From positions 3,572,197-3,619,360 of the forward strand of contig NC_057757.1 in the NCBI RefSeq assembly GCF_004010195.1: a stretch of DNA of 47,164 nucleotides, in the 5' to 3' direction. Within the stretch, counting starts at the first letter, position 1. Every line of letters starts with the position of its first letter. Source of the DNA: Chiloscyllium plagiosum (Eukaryota). The position numbers and the translations under genes are program-made. The notes under the pieces are model-generated. The model did no database searches. It was not told the DNA's origin and worked only from the letters and a program-made list of their open reading frames with translations. Below, in pieces: positions 23,669-36,939 of the stretch.

Positions 23669-23822
23669 TATTTATAGCAGGGAGAATTCATCAGATCAGA
23701 AAATCAGCTCCCAAGTTGCTGGAGCCTAATTACAGCCAGCAAACAAAGTAATGAAATGAACAACTATTTTATCAAGGGAATTTATACATGAACAGTGCAG
23801 GTCCTGGTCAGTAAACCCTATC
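23669..23822 (-). promoter_or_regulatory. Proximal promoter of gene 2
   Basis: TATAAATA at 23669-23676 and TAATTA at 23727-23732. The block is conserved with 40611-40760. Confidence 0.7.
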
Positions 23823-24114
23823 CCTTCTCCCCAGCCCCAAAATTTGCACATTAATAGTGTGGTCCTTATCCCAAAATTCTAAAAAAAAGTAACTTCAGGA
23901 ACAGATTAATAGTAGGAGACAAGAACAAATGTTGTAAAGTCATCAGAACGAGGGCAATTGTCAGTATATCGACTCTGGCAGAGTTGATATAGTTCAAAGA
24001 TGACAACTATCACTGAATTTCCCATGAGCGATGTCCTGGAGGTTTCCCTTGACGTTAAACTGAACTGAACTAGGCACATAAATACTTTAGCTTTTATAGC
24101 ATCACATGGGAGTC

Positions 24115-24370
24115 CCTGGGTGGGGCAGCATTTATTGCCCATCCCTAGTTACCCTTGAGAAGTGGGGGTGAGCTGCCTCCTTTACCCACTGCAGTCCACA
24201 CGCTGTCAGTAGACGCACACTGCCAAGGAGCAGGTCAGAGGTTAGCAATACTGCAGGAAGTAACTCAACTCCTGACTCCCCAAAACCTCTCTCCCATCAA
24301 CAAGCCACAAGTCAGGGGTGTGATGACATACTCCCTACTCGCCTGGGCGAGTGCAGCTCCAGACACATAG
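24115..24370 (+). mobile_element. L2/CR1-group LINE remnant; related copy at about 41090-41440
   Basis: AGQRLAILQEVTQLLTPQNLS.I.K.QVR.VM.YS.LAW, typical of a LINE RT C-terminus. Confidence 0.6.
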
Positions 24371-24904
24371 CCGTCGAGTCATTCAGCATGGAAAAAGACC
24401 CTTCGGTCTAACCAGTCCATGCTGACCAGACATCCCAATCTGAACTAGTCCCATTGCCCTCTGGGTAAATGGGGAGGGGCAATGAATGTTTTCTAGCCCG
24501 AGGCACTCACATTCCCATCAATGAATCAAAAAAATCCGCACATGTACACAATTCTGATACTGCGCCTGGGATTGGCCAGAAAGTGTGCCTAGTGTCATTT
24601 GTCTGATTCAAATGGGCCATGAGACTGAAAAGGTTGGGAATTATTGACCTAGATTCTATGTTGTTGCCATCACTTACAGTTTTGAAAATGGATTCGCACT
24701 TTTTTGATAAAAGTGTGCGATCAATAAAGGTAACCATCAGCAAACGGTCCTGGAATCGATTCTCGGAAAAGGCTCAAATTGATTGGTGTGGATAGGTGAA
24801 CTAAACTTTTACAGAAGCATAATCCAAGGAGACTGAAACAATCCTGTTTATAAATAAACCCCCGGCTGACAAATCTACTTCATTGCCATAGCTGAGAAGC
24901 TCAG

Positions 24905-26905
24905 GAAACAGAAAATAGAGGCAAGAGTGGGCTATTTAGAGAGTAGTAAGGGTATGGAATGCTTTGCCTGCAATGGTAGTAGATTCGCCAAGTTTAAGTG
25001 CATTTAAGTCGTCATTGGACAGGCATATGGACGTACATGGAATAGTGTAAGTGGGATGGGTTTCAGAATAGTATGACAGGGCGGCACAACATCGAGGGCA
25101 GAAGGGCCTGTACTGCGCTGTAATGTTCTATGTTCTATTCGACCCATCGAGCCTGCTCAATCATTCAATATGGTCATGATCGATCTTTGATCTCAATGCC
25201 AAGTTCCTGCTCTCTCCCCGTAGCCCTTGACATTGTTAGAACCTAGAAATCGACCTCTTCCTGTCTTAATTCAGAGAATTGCCTCCACAGCTTTATATGG
25301 TGGAGAATTCCACAGGGTCAGCAGTCTCTGAGTGAAGACATTTATTCTCACCTCAGTTCAACATGACCTGCCATTGATATTGATGAAATGGAAAACATTT
25401 CCTGTGGGTTTTCTGCCACCACCAACCGGGTTCTTTCACCTTCCTGCCATTGAAATATTCCAGAAGGTAAGGGAGAATGGAACGGGATATTCAGGATCAC
25501 AAGAATTAGGATCAGAAGTCAGCAGTTTGGATCACTGAGTCTGATCCGCCACTCCACAAGGTCATGGCTGCTCTGATCATCCTCAATTGCACTTTCCGGC
25601 ACTTTCTCTGTAACTCTCGATTCTCTTTCTGATTAAAAGTCTGTCCACCTCAGTCTTGGTTATAATAACAGACTCAACCTCGACAGCCCTCTGTGGGAAA
25701 GAATCACACACATTCACTCCCCTCTGAGGCAAGACGCTCCTGCTCACCTCTGTCTTTAATGTACAATCCCCGACTCTGAGATGATGCCCTCAGATTATGG
25801 AACTCTCCCACAAGGGGGAAATAATCTCTCCCTATCCAGCCTGGCAAGGCCTCAAAGAATCTTGCATGCTTTCTATAATCTTGCCTCTCATTTGTCTAAA
25901 ATCCAATGACCTCAGGCCCACACTCATCAACCTCTCCTCATTGGACAATCGCTCCATTCCTAGTATCAGCCAAGTGAACCTTCAGTGAGTTGCCTCCAAT
26001 CCCAGGATACCTTTCCTGAGATAAGGGGCTGAAAACTGTTCACAATATTCCAGGGGCATCCTGACCAGTGCCTTGTACAGTTTGAACAAGACCTCCGCCT
26101 TTCTATTATTCTGTTCCTATAGATAAAAAGGCCACGTGGCCATTGTCAGTGGGCCTGGTGCCCACTGAACTTGGCTGCTGCGTTTCTGTACAGCATGCAC
26201 GCTGACTCCCAAATCTTTCTGTGCTCCATCTTTCTGCAGTATTTCTCTGTTTAAATAACATTCAGCCCCTCTATTCCATCTATCAAAGAGCGCAGCCAGA
26301 AATGCTCCTGAACAATGTGTCCTTCAGCTTTGCCTCAAACATATACCACTCGGCACTTTCGAGCCTGCTCTGCCTCTCAATATGATCCTGCCTGATCCTC
26401 ACATTCCCGCTTTCTCCCCATACATCTTGATGCCGTTAAACCACAACATTTATCCATCTATTCCTCAATTGTACTCAGTGACCCGGCCTCTACAGTCTTC
26501 TGTGGGAGCGAATTTCACAGGTTGACCACCCTCTGAGTGAAGAAATGTTTCCTCAACTCAGTCCTAATTGGTCTACCCCATATCCTGAGGCAGTGATCTC
26601 TTGTTCTAGACTCCCTAACCAGGGGGACACATCTTCCCTGCATATTGTCTGTCCAGCCCTGTTTGAATTTTATACGTTTCAATCAGATCCCCACTCACCC
26701 TTCCAAACCCGAGTGAATACAGGCCCATTTTAACCAGTCTCTCCTCAGAAGACAATCTTTCCCTCCCCAATATCAGCCCTAGCTGCACTCCCTCTGCGAC
26801 AAGGATAACATCTCTCAGGGAGGGAGAGCAAAACCACATACAATACTCCAGGTGCGGTCTTACCAAAGTCCGATATAACTGCAGTAAGACATCCCTCCGT
26901 CTTAA
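24905..26905 (-). mobile_element. Stack of degraded CR1 3' fragments (mostly minus strand)
   Basis: LYRTLVRPHLEYC..F.SP and GDLIETYKI motifs; several CR1 3' tails. Confidence 0.8.
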
Positions 26906-27125
26906 GCTCACTGTCACTTGAATTGTCTCGAACATCATTAGGACTATGTATTATGGGATGGGGAAAGGGATGAATGCAGGAGGGGAGAGAGGAGAGGAGG
27001 GACAGGTGCTGAGAAGAGTCACATACATACGGGAAGGACAGTTATTGTTTCTGTGCATCTGGGAAGGTGATGGTCTTGTGGTATTATTGATGGAGTATTA
27101 ATCTTGAGACCCTGGGAGTAGTAAT

Positions 27126-27353
27126 TGTAACAAAGTTAGTCAAGTGGTACACATACAATATGAGTTCCCTGATTGGGGCTGCTCTCCTGATCCAATCAGG
27201 GAGTCCTGGCTGACAGATATAAACAGGAACATTGAAGGGCACTGCTTGTCACTGGCCACTCGGGTGTTTCCTTTCTTCCTGGTGGTGGAAACTGAATAAA
27301 GATTCGTGCACCTTGTGTCTTTCACTGTGTCTCACACCTGCACACACACAACA
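27126..27353 (+). mobile_element. Solo LTR-like element
   Basis: TG...CA ends, inverted TCCCTGATTGG/CCAATCAGGGA, GATATAAA and AATAAA. No TSD seen. Confidence 0.5.
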
Positions 27354-27450
27354 TGGGTAAAAAAAGAAAAAGAAAAAAAAATAAACAAACAGGAACATAG
27401 AACAGCACAGCAGAGGAATGGACCTTTCAGCCCAAGATGTCATGTCGAAC

Positions 27451-27870
27451 TGTTGTGGAAATTAAATTGACTCGACTCAACTGTTAGCAAAAGCTAAGAA
27501 AGGAGCTTTATTTAAATTGTGCAGAATTTGACCCAATACATTTAGCCAGATGTCTCAATATAAGGGATACCTGAGCATAGTTCAGAAACTTGCCTTATAC
27601 TGTTTCTTAGCACGCTGTGAAGGGCAAAGACTGGGCAACCTCAAGTTGTTAATCTGTCATAACCTGGTCTTGGACATAACAGTTCTTCAGCTTTTGCCGA
27701 GTTCAACTGTCGCAAGGTCAAGTTAATGTTTACAAAATTCAAACAGAGACAAGCTGGCTGCAGACCTCATCAAAGTATTGTTTACAAAGCTCAGCACAGC
27801 ATGACATTTTAGAAACGCATTCTCTTTCAAATTTCACAGTAAATGTAAAATTTCTTAACTTTCCATTACA
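27451..27870 (-). repeat. 3' LTR of ERV copy B (420 bp)
   Basis: TGTAATGG...CCACAACA on the minus strand, directly after the PPT AAAAAGGGGGAAAA. Confidence 0.92.
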
Positions 27871-27949
27871 TTTTCCCCCTTTTTGCCATTTTATGACAAC
27901 AAGGACGACTACAGCAACAAAAACAAAAAAGAAACAGAGCCAGATAACT

Positions 27950-30088
27950 AAAAATCGGCAATCTGCATTGTAAGGAGCACTTGAAATGGTCCCAGCCACC
28001 TCTTCACCTTCCAGTTTTTCCTCCTGAAGTCTTTCACCACTGCGCAGTCTCCAGATTTTCGATTGTGCTGCTTCCCTCCTGCTGGTTGGGGTAGTGCTGC
28101 TTTCACTTGATTCTGTATTTCTGACAAAAGTGTAGAGAGTTTTATACAGTAACACAACATCTCATCCTCACAATGGCCTGTTATCTGTCTTACCTTAGGT
28201 CCTTGGCTAACTCCTGTATTGGGCGGTCTACCAAACAAAATCTCAAACGGGCTCTTTCTCTCCTCCTAGACAATACCTTTTCCCTTCGCTGGGCGTCAGT
28301 TCAATAAAATCCATCTGTAAATGTTCAAAGGGCTTTGGGGTTGGGGTGTGCTGTCTGACTCATCTGTATTATGGCACAGATAACACAACGCTCACAATAT
28401 TTCTGGGAGTAATCAGTAAATCCCTTAGTGTGCCAGTGTGCCGAAATACTGTCTCATGGTCCTTATCGTGTGTCAGTTTGGCATAGAATGGAAGTAATGA
28501 TGGTGGTAGACAGGGTTTACAATTGGGGCCACACCATACTCCTTCCCTCACACTGCATCCTGCTTTCGTCAACTCATACTTTTCTTCCGGTGTGGCCTGT
28601 GACTGTAATTCCTGTACGTCTGCTGTTGGGGTACAAATTCTTGTCATACCCACGTCAATCTGCTCACTTGGTGGCTGCTCGCCTGCTGTCATTGCTGCTG
28701 AGTCTGCCCTCGCATTGCCTTGGGAAATAAAAATCATTATTTTTGTGTCGGGCTTCACATTTACACGCAGCGATTGATTTAGGCAATAGGACGGCATCCA
28801 GGAGGTCAGAAATCAGGCCACGGTGTGTGAGGGGCTTTCCGGTGGAGATCGAGAAGCCCCTGTGTTTCCACAGGGTTCCAAAATCACGTACAACCCCGAA
28901 TGCATATCTGCTGTCGATGTAAATATTCACTGTCTTTCCCTCAGCCAATTTACAGGACTCAGTGAAGGCAATCAGCTCCGCTGCTTGCGCTGACAGATGA
29001 GAAGGGAGTGATCGCACTTTGGCGACTTCATGGGTAGTCACTACAGCATTCCCAACACAGTTCTGGCCTTTCTCCTTGCTCCTGAATGCTCACCCATCCA
29101 CAAAAAACTCCATATCCGGATTCTGAAGTGGTGAATCCTGCTAGGTCTAGGGCTGCAAATTTCATTAGTTACAGCGACACAATCATGTGGCTCTCCGTCT
29201 CCTTCTGTCGGGAGAAGGCTAGCAGGGTTAAGGACGTTACATCGCTTTATTGTAATGTTAGGCATCTCCAATAACACGGTATTGTGTCTTAACCAAGGTG
29301 CTGCCGACATGTGTGCTGTCTTTTGCTCGGGAAGCAGTAAGGATACAGCAGAAGTGCTGATCCCATGGTTAAAACAACAGTCTCCAGACTCCTGCGTAGA
29401 GCCTCATTATGTATGGTGAGGGACTCACAGTAACCATGACAAAGTCGCGTGAAGGTATATGATTTCCCTTTGAATGAAAAAGTGAACCAGAATTGACTAT
29501 CTGGGTGCACCAGTAACACTAAAGAAGGCAATTGCTAAATCCACAACAGAGAACCATTTACTGTCCAGTGGAATTTAAGCCAATATAGTACAGGGGTTTG
29601 GAACATATCGGGCGTGCGGGACAACAGCGCTATTGACTGCCAGCAGGTCTTGAACAAACCTCCATTCCTCTGGTTCACCGGGAATGTTTGCCTTTTTGAC
29701 CGGAAAAATGGGGGTTCTCACCAGTGAGTTCTCACAGGGGATTATCACTCCAGCCTTTAGGAGGGATTCAAAGACTGGAGTAATCCCTTCTGTAGCCTTG
29801 GGTTTTAATAGGTATTGTGCTCTGCAAGGATGCGGTAAATCTCTCTCGTAGCACGACTCCTGATGCACCCATTGAGTTCAGGAACCTTCCACTCATCTTT
29901 ATTGGCGTTGACTCCCTGAACTGGATTGGTTTAAGGACTGAATATGTTGCCCCTATATCTACCAAAAAGGTAACTGGTGTACCTTCCACATATAGCATAG
30001 AGGTAGGCATTGACTTATACGCATCATTGTTATATTGGACATACTGTCCACACTTTGCAATCTCAGCGCTCAATATAGAGGTTGGCAT
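27950..30088 (-). pseudogene. pol: ERV B pol remnant (protease, RT N-half, RNase H, partial integrase)
   Basis: FLVDIGATYSVL; RTPIFPVKK, WRFVQDL.AVN, YTFTRL.HGY.ES; SAQAAELIA; WLGPFQVLLT. Several large deletions. Confidence 0.9.
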
Positions 30089-30094
30089 GTCTCA

Positions 30095-31754
30095 GTGCCT
30101 CTAAGGTTAGTAGAAGAGATTAGCATAAGCGAGTCTTCGTTGCCAAGCATAAAGGAAAGAGGCTTACCTGTACCTTGTGGGCTGCCCACCTCCACCTCAG
30201 CCTTCCCCTGTCAGACCCCCTGTCGCTCAGCCTCCAGAGCCGACTGAGCCTGTCTGTGTGGGCACTGTCTCGCCCAGTGGTCCATTGCTCCACAAACAAA
30301 GCACCTGCCAGATCTACCTCTGCCTGCGCCTCTTCTGCAACCTCCACCTCTACCTCTCTCTCTTCCTGCAGCACCTCCCTCCAATGGCTGGGTGACCATT
30401 TGCATCATAGTAAGCTAAGCTTTATGTGCTTGCTGTGGCATCTTTAGTTTCTGCTTATCCTTCTCTTGGGTAAGCACTTTTTCAGCATGTATCACATGCT
30501 GTTCTATCAAATTCAGCTTTCCCATGTCCCAGGTAATACATGTGTCTTTTACCTTGTTCGCTATTTCGTCCTTCATTCCATTGATGTAGCTGTTCCTCAG
30601 GTGTGCCTCATACGGTGTGATTTCTGGTGCTGTTATGTCGTTGGGTGGTCTCAGTCCATTATGGGCATTATGGACTTCAGTGAGGCACATAAGGTACTGG
30701 GACACTGTCTCACCTTCCCATTGTTTACACATTGCTAGCTTGGTCATGTCCATCCGCACTGGGAATGCCTCCCTACAGGTGGTTGCCAGCACTGCAACAA
30801 AAGCATTAAAGTCTCCATTCTGCTCTGCTTGCGGGTTGGCTACTCTGGCATGGATGTTTGAGCTGGCCAGGTATACTTGATTTTGGTGACATTGGCACCC
30901 AGCTTTCGTCCCAGGAGATGTCTCATCTCATGTGACGTGGGATGGAACTCAGTACAGAAGTTTGTCACTTCTTCAGCAAACTTATTCCCTCCAACCTCGA
31001 GTGGGTCAAGCAACTGCCCATAGGCACTTTCCAAATCCTTTATGGTCCATGGTCGGTAGACCAGCACTGGGCACCCTTGTGGGCCTGCAGCTTCAACCAT
31101 TGGGGCTTGCAGAGCTACCTGGTTAAATGATTGTATGCCAGACCCCTCACCGTCTGACTCATCATCCGCCGTGGGGAGATCGCGAGCAGGCCCTGGATGC
31201 CTTTCCGTATTCGAGTGGCCGTTGTCATTTTGGGATTCTTACTTCAATTGGTTGCGGGTGCGATTTGTTATCCAGCAGACCCTGAGGCAGAGGCCGCTGG
31301 CATGGAACCTTCTCCAGGTGGATCTCGTAGGGAGGCTGTAGGTCTCGGAGGTCAGGATCCGGAACAGACTTAAGACACTGTACAGCTTCATTAGGTTGTT
31401 TTCCTCATGCGTCTGCATGTGCGCTGGTGTTTGTACGTGTATTTGATCTATCCTTTATTTGAGATTTCCTTTCTCTGATATCAGCCTCAACCTTCCACAT
31501 TTTATAAGCACTCCAATTCACAGGCTCTATTTTTCCCTTCCTTTCTCCTTCTCTCTCTCCTCCAACCTCGACATTAATTTTTCCAACTGCCTTTTACTAA
31601 AACTTGCCCCTTCTGGAAAACCACATTCCTTGATCCATAATTCTAACTGCTTTACAGACTCTGGGCCGTACTTATGTAGCATGTATTGTATTTTTGGTTG
31701 GCCATTCCAAGTCCTATGTGGATTCTTCTTTTGCTTGTTCTTGCTGGAGCCCAT
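30095..31754 (-). pseudogene. gag: ERV B gag remnant (MA, CA, single CCHC NC)
   Basis: MGSSKNKQKK start (Gly2 plus basic patch), LVYRPW capsid start, CKQWEGETVSQYL (MHR-like), CFVCGAMDHWARQC zinc knuckle after RGG repeats. Confidence 0.9.
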
Positions 31755-32291
31755 TTTTAGTGTAACTGGAAAAGTGTTCAGCTCTCTCTCTCTCTCTCTC
31801 TCTCTCTCACAGCGCCGTTATCTTTTTCCCTTTGACTTGTTTTTAACTTCCGGAGGCCCGCCTCTCGCATTGGGCGCGTCCACCTCCATGCCGTGGTTTT
31901 CATAAACCAAGAAACCACGTACCCAGTACGTCTTTAGTGAGTCCAACTCAGCCAGTGGTGGTTCCAAGTCTAAAACCACCCTTAAACTTGCTGTCTCTCA
32001 AACACTCTAGCAATCCTTTCCCTTGAGTTTTGCTCAAATACCGTGTGAGAGTTTACTTAAACCTTTTTCTGATTCATTTATTCTCTTAGAATGAGTCTCA
32101 ATATAGGAATATTTAAGCCAATTCTCTTACCCTGACCCTATTTGATTTGAACCCCAGTGCTAGGGCGATCCACAGATTCCTAGCCCTCCCACTCAAAAGA
32201 GACAATTTAGCGCTCGAGATGAAGTGAAAGACCTTCAAGGCGCTGACTCCTGCGCTTCCTGGGAATCTTCAGAATCTTACCCAGTCATGAG

Positions 32292-32309
32292 ATCCCGGAC
32301 GAGCCCCCA
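32292..32309 (-). promoter_or_regulatory. Primer binding site, tRNA-Pro
   Basis: TGGGGGCTCGTCCGGGAT, the 18-nt MLV-type Pro PBS. Confidence 0.93.
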
Positions 32310-32316
32310 AGTTTAC

Positions 32317-32678
32317 TGTTGACGAAATTAAATCGACTCGACTCAACTGCTGGCAAGAGCAAAGAAAGGAGCTTCATTTAAATGCTGCAGACTTTGACCC
32401 AATACATTCAGCCAGATGCCTCAATGTAAAGGGTACCTGAGCATAGTTCAGGGCAAAGACTGGGAAAACTCAAGTTGTTATTCTCTCATCCCCTGGTCTT
32501 TCGCTGAGTTAGACTGTCGCAAGGTCATGTTGAATGTTTACAAAATTCAAACAGAGACAAGCTGGCTGCAAACCTCATCAAAGTATTGTTTACAAAGCTC
32601 AGCACAGCATTAAATTTTAGAAACGCATTCTCTTTCAAATTTCACAGTAAATGTAAAATTTCTTAATTTTCCATTACA
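32317..32678 (-). repeat. 5' LTR of ERV copy B (362 bp)
   Basis: Aligns with the 3' LTR except for two internal deletions. Confidence 0.92.
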
Positions 32679-34660
32679 CAAACATGGTACCAAATTAAAC
32701 TAATCCCTTCTGCCTGCCCTTTGTCCAGGCCCCTCTATGCCTTCCATATTCATATGCTGATCTAAAAGCCCCTTAACTGCCCCTAATGTATCTGTCTCCA
32801 GCACCACCCTGACAGCACGTTCCAGACTCCTACCACTCTCAGCATAAAAAACGAGCCTCCTACATCTCTTCTGAACATTCTTCTTCTCATCTTCAGTACA
32901 CCCCCCCAAGTATTAAACATTTCAACTCTGGGAAAAGATTTTGACCTTAAACCCTATCTATGCATCTCATAATTTTAGAGACTTCTATCAAGTCTCCCCT
33001 CAGCCTCTCCTGCTCCAGAAACAACAAAAACCAAAGGTTTTTCTAGTCGCTCCTTATCCCCAGGATCCCTCTGTATATCAATGCTGTTCAGGGATCTGCC
33101 ATTACCCGGATACTTTTCCTTCACATTTGATCTCCCCAAGTACAGCACCTCACATTTACCCAGATTAAACTCCATCTGCCATTTCTCCGTCCATATCTGC
33201 AATGATTCTGCTATATCATTTGACAACCTTCTACACTGTCCACAACTCCACCAATGTTTTATATGAAATCATTTAGATATAATTCATTTCCTCTGAGGTC
33301 CCAGTCTGGTTCACTGTCACGGGTTTCCACCTGAAAAACATCATTCCACCCCTCCCACTGCCTTCTACGGGCAAGCCAATTCTAAATCCATTAGCCAAGT
33401 CACCATCGATCCCATGCATCTTAATCTTCTGCATGAGCCTATCATGAGGGACCTTGTGGAAAGCATTGCTAAAATCCATGTAGACAATATTCATTGCTCT
33501 ACCCCCATCGATCACCCCTGTCACCTCCTCGACAAATTCAATCAAGTTAGTAAGACATGACCTGCCCTGCACAAAGCCATGTTGACTGTCCCTAATTTTC
33601 CAAATGTGTGTAAATCCTATCCCTAAGTATTGTCTCCAATAGCTTCTCAACCACCGATGTGAGACTCATGGGTCTATAGTTTCCTGGATGATCCCTATTT
33701 ACCTTTTTGAACAGAGGAACGACATTAGCTCCTCGCTAGTCCTCTGGGACCTGTCCAGTGGCTAGTGGGGACGCAAAGGCTCAAGGCTCCAATGATCTCC
33801 TCTCTCATCTCTCTCAATAACCTGGAGTAGATACCATCAGGCCCTGGGGACTAATCCATCTTAATGGTCTTCAAGACACCAGTCATCACTTCTTTCTTGA
33901 CCTCAAAATGCCATATCACATTAGCACGATCCACACTAGTCTCACTGCCCTCTAGACCCTTCTCTTTGGTGAATACTGACACAAAGTACTCGTTTAGAAT
34001 CTCACTCACATCCTCCCCCTCCAAACACAAATTCCCTTCTTTATCCTTGAGTGGTCCTACCTTCTCCCCAGTTATCCTCTTGTTTTTAATATATGCTTAG
34101 AATGTCTTGGGGATTCTCTTTAACTCTACTTGCCAAGATCATTTCATGGTCCCTTCTTGCTCTCCTAATTCCATGGTTCAGTCCTTTCCTGCTTTCTTTA
34201 TATTCCTCACAGGCCCTGTCCGATTTTAGGTCCTAAACCTCACATATGCTTGTTTTATCCCTTTTGACTAACTTGACAGCCTCCCACATTATCCAAGGGT
34301 CCCTTATCTTGCCATCTTTGACCTTCTTCCTCACTGGAACATGTCAGCCCTGACCTCTGAACAGCAGGTCTTTAAGCAACTCGCATGTCAAATGTGGACT
34401 GGTCTGATAACAGCTCCTCCCAATTAACACTCACTCACTCCTGCCTAATACAGACATAATTTACCCTCCTCCCAATTTAGCAACATGCCACAAGGTCTTT
34501 ACTTATCCTTGTTCGTAGCTATCTGAAAACATAAGAAGTTGTGATCACTGTTTCCAAAATGCTCTCCCATTGAAAGGTCAGTCACATGGACAGGCTCACT
34601 AGCCAGCACAAGGCCCGGTATGACTCCCCCCCCCCCCCCCTCTAGTTGGACCATCCATAC
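32679..34660 (-). mobile_element. CR1 LINE (endonuclease end, RT, 3' end) hosting ERV B; its last ~58 bp lie at 27393-27450
   Basis: QHGFVQGRSCLTNLIEF, VYMDFS.AF.KVPH, KWQMEFNLGKCEVL. The 3' tail is continuous across the provirus. Confidence 0.9.
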
Positions 34661-36939
34661 TGTCAGGGGGTTCTGTACACTCTGAGAGCTGGCTCTGAGG
34701 AAGGGTCAGGTTACCGTGCACCTGGAAATAAAGGGTGACTTGGTGATGGGATACTGTCCTGGGGGGATTTAATTCACTGTGGACCTGGGTTTGAATTCCG
34801 CCTCAGTAAATGGTAGAATGGGAATTCAATAAGAATCCATTGGAAAACCTTGTCTGGTTCACTAACTTTCTGGAAGGAACCTGCCCTCCTTACCTGGTCT
34901 GACCAACATGTGGCCCCAGCCCCATAGCAATGTGGACCCTTGGGGGCAATTAGGGACAGGCAAGAAATGACACCCTCATCCCGGAAATGATGTCGTTCAA
35001 AATGAAGTCCGAGGGCACCAGTAAGCCCGAGGGCCAGAAGAGTTTAGAGCCTCCTCCTAAGAAACAGTACAGCCCTGCCGAGCAGGCTCAGATCATTGTA
35101 ACCCCAAATACATCCCAAGGGAAATGCAGAGGAAGTGACACAGGGTTGCACGCTGACAGACCTGAGCAGCAACATCGACGTTTACACACACCGACCCTCC
35201 CCCAACCCTGGAGTCATATCTAGTGTCAGGCAATTCCCAGGCTCCAAAGTAACTCAGCTCTCCTTCTGTTGTCCCAATGTAGCTCTCCATAAGCAGCAGA
35301 CATCCCAATGTTGACCTGTTACTGGGATCACAGGATCTGGGCCACTCCTTCATTTGGAAGTGTGTCTTCCACTGAGGTTGTAAAAATTATCATCATTCCC
35401 AGTCTTCCTGTTGCCTCGGTTCTTTCCATTAGGTCCTTTCCCATTTGTAAAGATTCAACACGTCCCCTTCAGAGGTGAGCAGAGACCAGGGGAATTTAAA
35501 ACACTGAGGCAGTAACAAGTATCAATTGGTTCATTTTGCTCAGAAAATCACAAAGAGACAATATAATAAAGAGCAGACAATTTTAAAAGGGTTACAGGGA
35601 AATGCGGCCTGAGCAGTTTGTACATTTGTTATTAAAGGTGGAAGAGGGAGTGCAGCAAATGGACACCAGGCTGATATCAGGGAGGGCAGGGCTGCTGTAT
35701 GAGGACAAATTGGTTCAACTGGACCTGTATCCAACAGCATTTAGAAGGATGGGAGGCAGAAAGTCATTCATGAACTTATTGGGAACTCAGGGCTTTATTA
35801 CCAGGGTTATGTGAAAAACAAGGAGGTTATGTTCAATGTGCATTGGACACAGCGTCTCCTGGCACAGGGAGTAATGTCTGCGTTTTGATGACACCCTTTA
35901 GAAAGATGTGAAGACATTAGAGAGAACGATGAACAGATACATAAGTTTTGCTCGACCATGCAGAACCTCAGTTAGGTGAATAGGATTGACAGATGGGCGT
36001 GACCCTTCAAGCAGAATGAAAAGGTTCATGGAAGGTTTACTTAGGTTCTCAAGTCATGAGGCATCTGGACAGAGATGATATTGAAAGAATCCTGCTCCCA
36101 TTGATGGCAGGATCACAAACACACCAACACAGAATGGAAATCATGGGGGATTGAAGCAATGGAGACATGAGAAAAGTGATCGTGCATCTAAGTACTTGGA
36201 TCAGAATGCACTGCCTCAGATAATGGTGGAGGGAATTTCACTGAGGTATTTGGGAGAGAATTGGGTAGAGAACTGACACAATGAAGTGGTATTAAGCGAA
36301 TTGTTCTTTCTCAGAGCCAGCACAGACGCAACATCTGAATGGCCTCTTTCTGTGCTGTAACAATTCAGTGATCCTTGTTATGGACCAGACCATACCCTGT
36401 ATAAACAAATTTCGGAGACAGCCTGGATCCTAATTTTTCTCTTTCTTAAAGTGTAAGGTGCTGCATTCCAGATGGGATTCACTTGGTCAAACATCCAAGC
36501 TTTAAGTAAAACACATTCTATTCTTATATTACAGCTAAAATACAAACAAAAACAGAAGAAGTTTCATAACCTTAACACAAGGAAAAATCTCAACAAACTA
36601 ATACATTAATTCACTACTTATCATCAAATGTTTCAATATAGCAAAATCCCATAAACCCACCCTGGCACAAGCAAATTCAGTGCACAGAGATTTCCCTCAC
36701 TTGCTGAGTCCCCCAGTCCAGGAGAAGCAACACCAACAGAATGAGTCTGGCAGCAGAGAGAGAAGTCAAGCTTTTTTTCCAGCAGCAGAGAGAGAGCTGT
36801 ACGTAGCGGCTTCAAATTCACAAAATTCAGCTTTAACTTGTGAGAACAAAAAAATGAAATCTCTGGGTTTGTGTGAGCCCGACTCTATCCACTCATCCTT
36901 CGTTTGTCTACATTTAAGCCTGTGTCTACGTAAACATTT

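Larger units (their letters stand above)
27451..32678 (-). mobile_element. ERV copy B: internally deleted provirus, LTR-gag-pol-LTR, no env
   Basis: 5' LTR at 32317-32678, 3' LTR at 27451-27870, TSD CGAAC/CAAAC, PBS, PPT at about 27871-27884, gag and pol remnants. Confidence 0.95.

Noticed and set aside
30086..30105. gag-pol read-through stop codon (TGA at 30092-30094)
   Set aside because: Plausible, but the region is frameshifted and has another in-frame stop, so the mechanism cannot be called.
35093..35400. Possible exon in a unique-looking stretch
   Set aside because: No recognisable domain or convincing splice sites.
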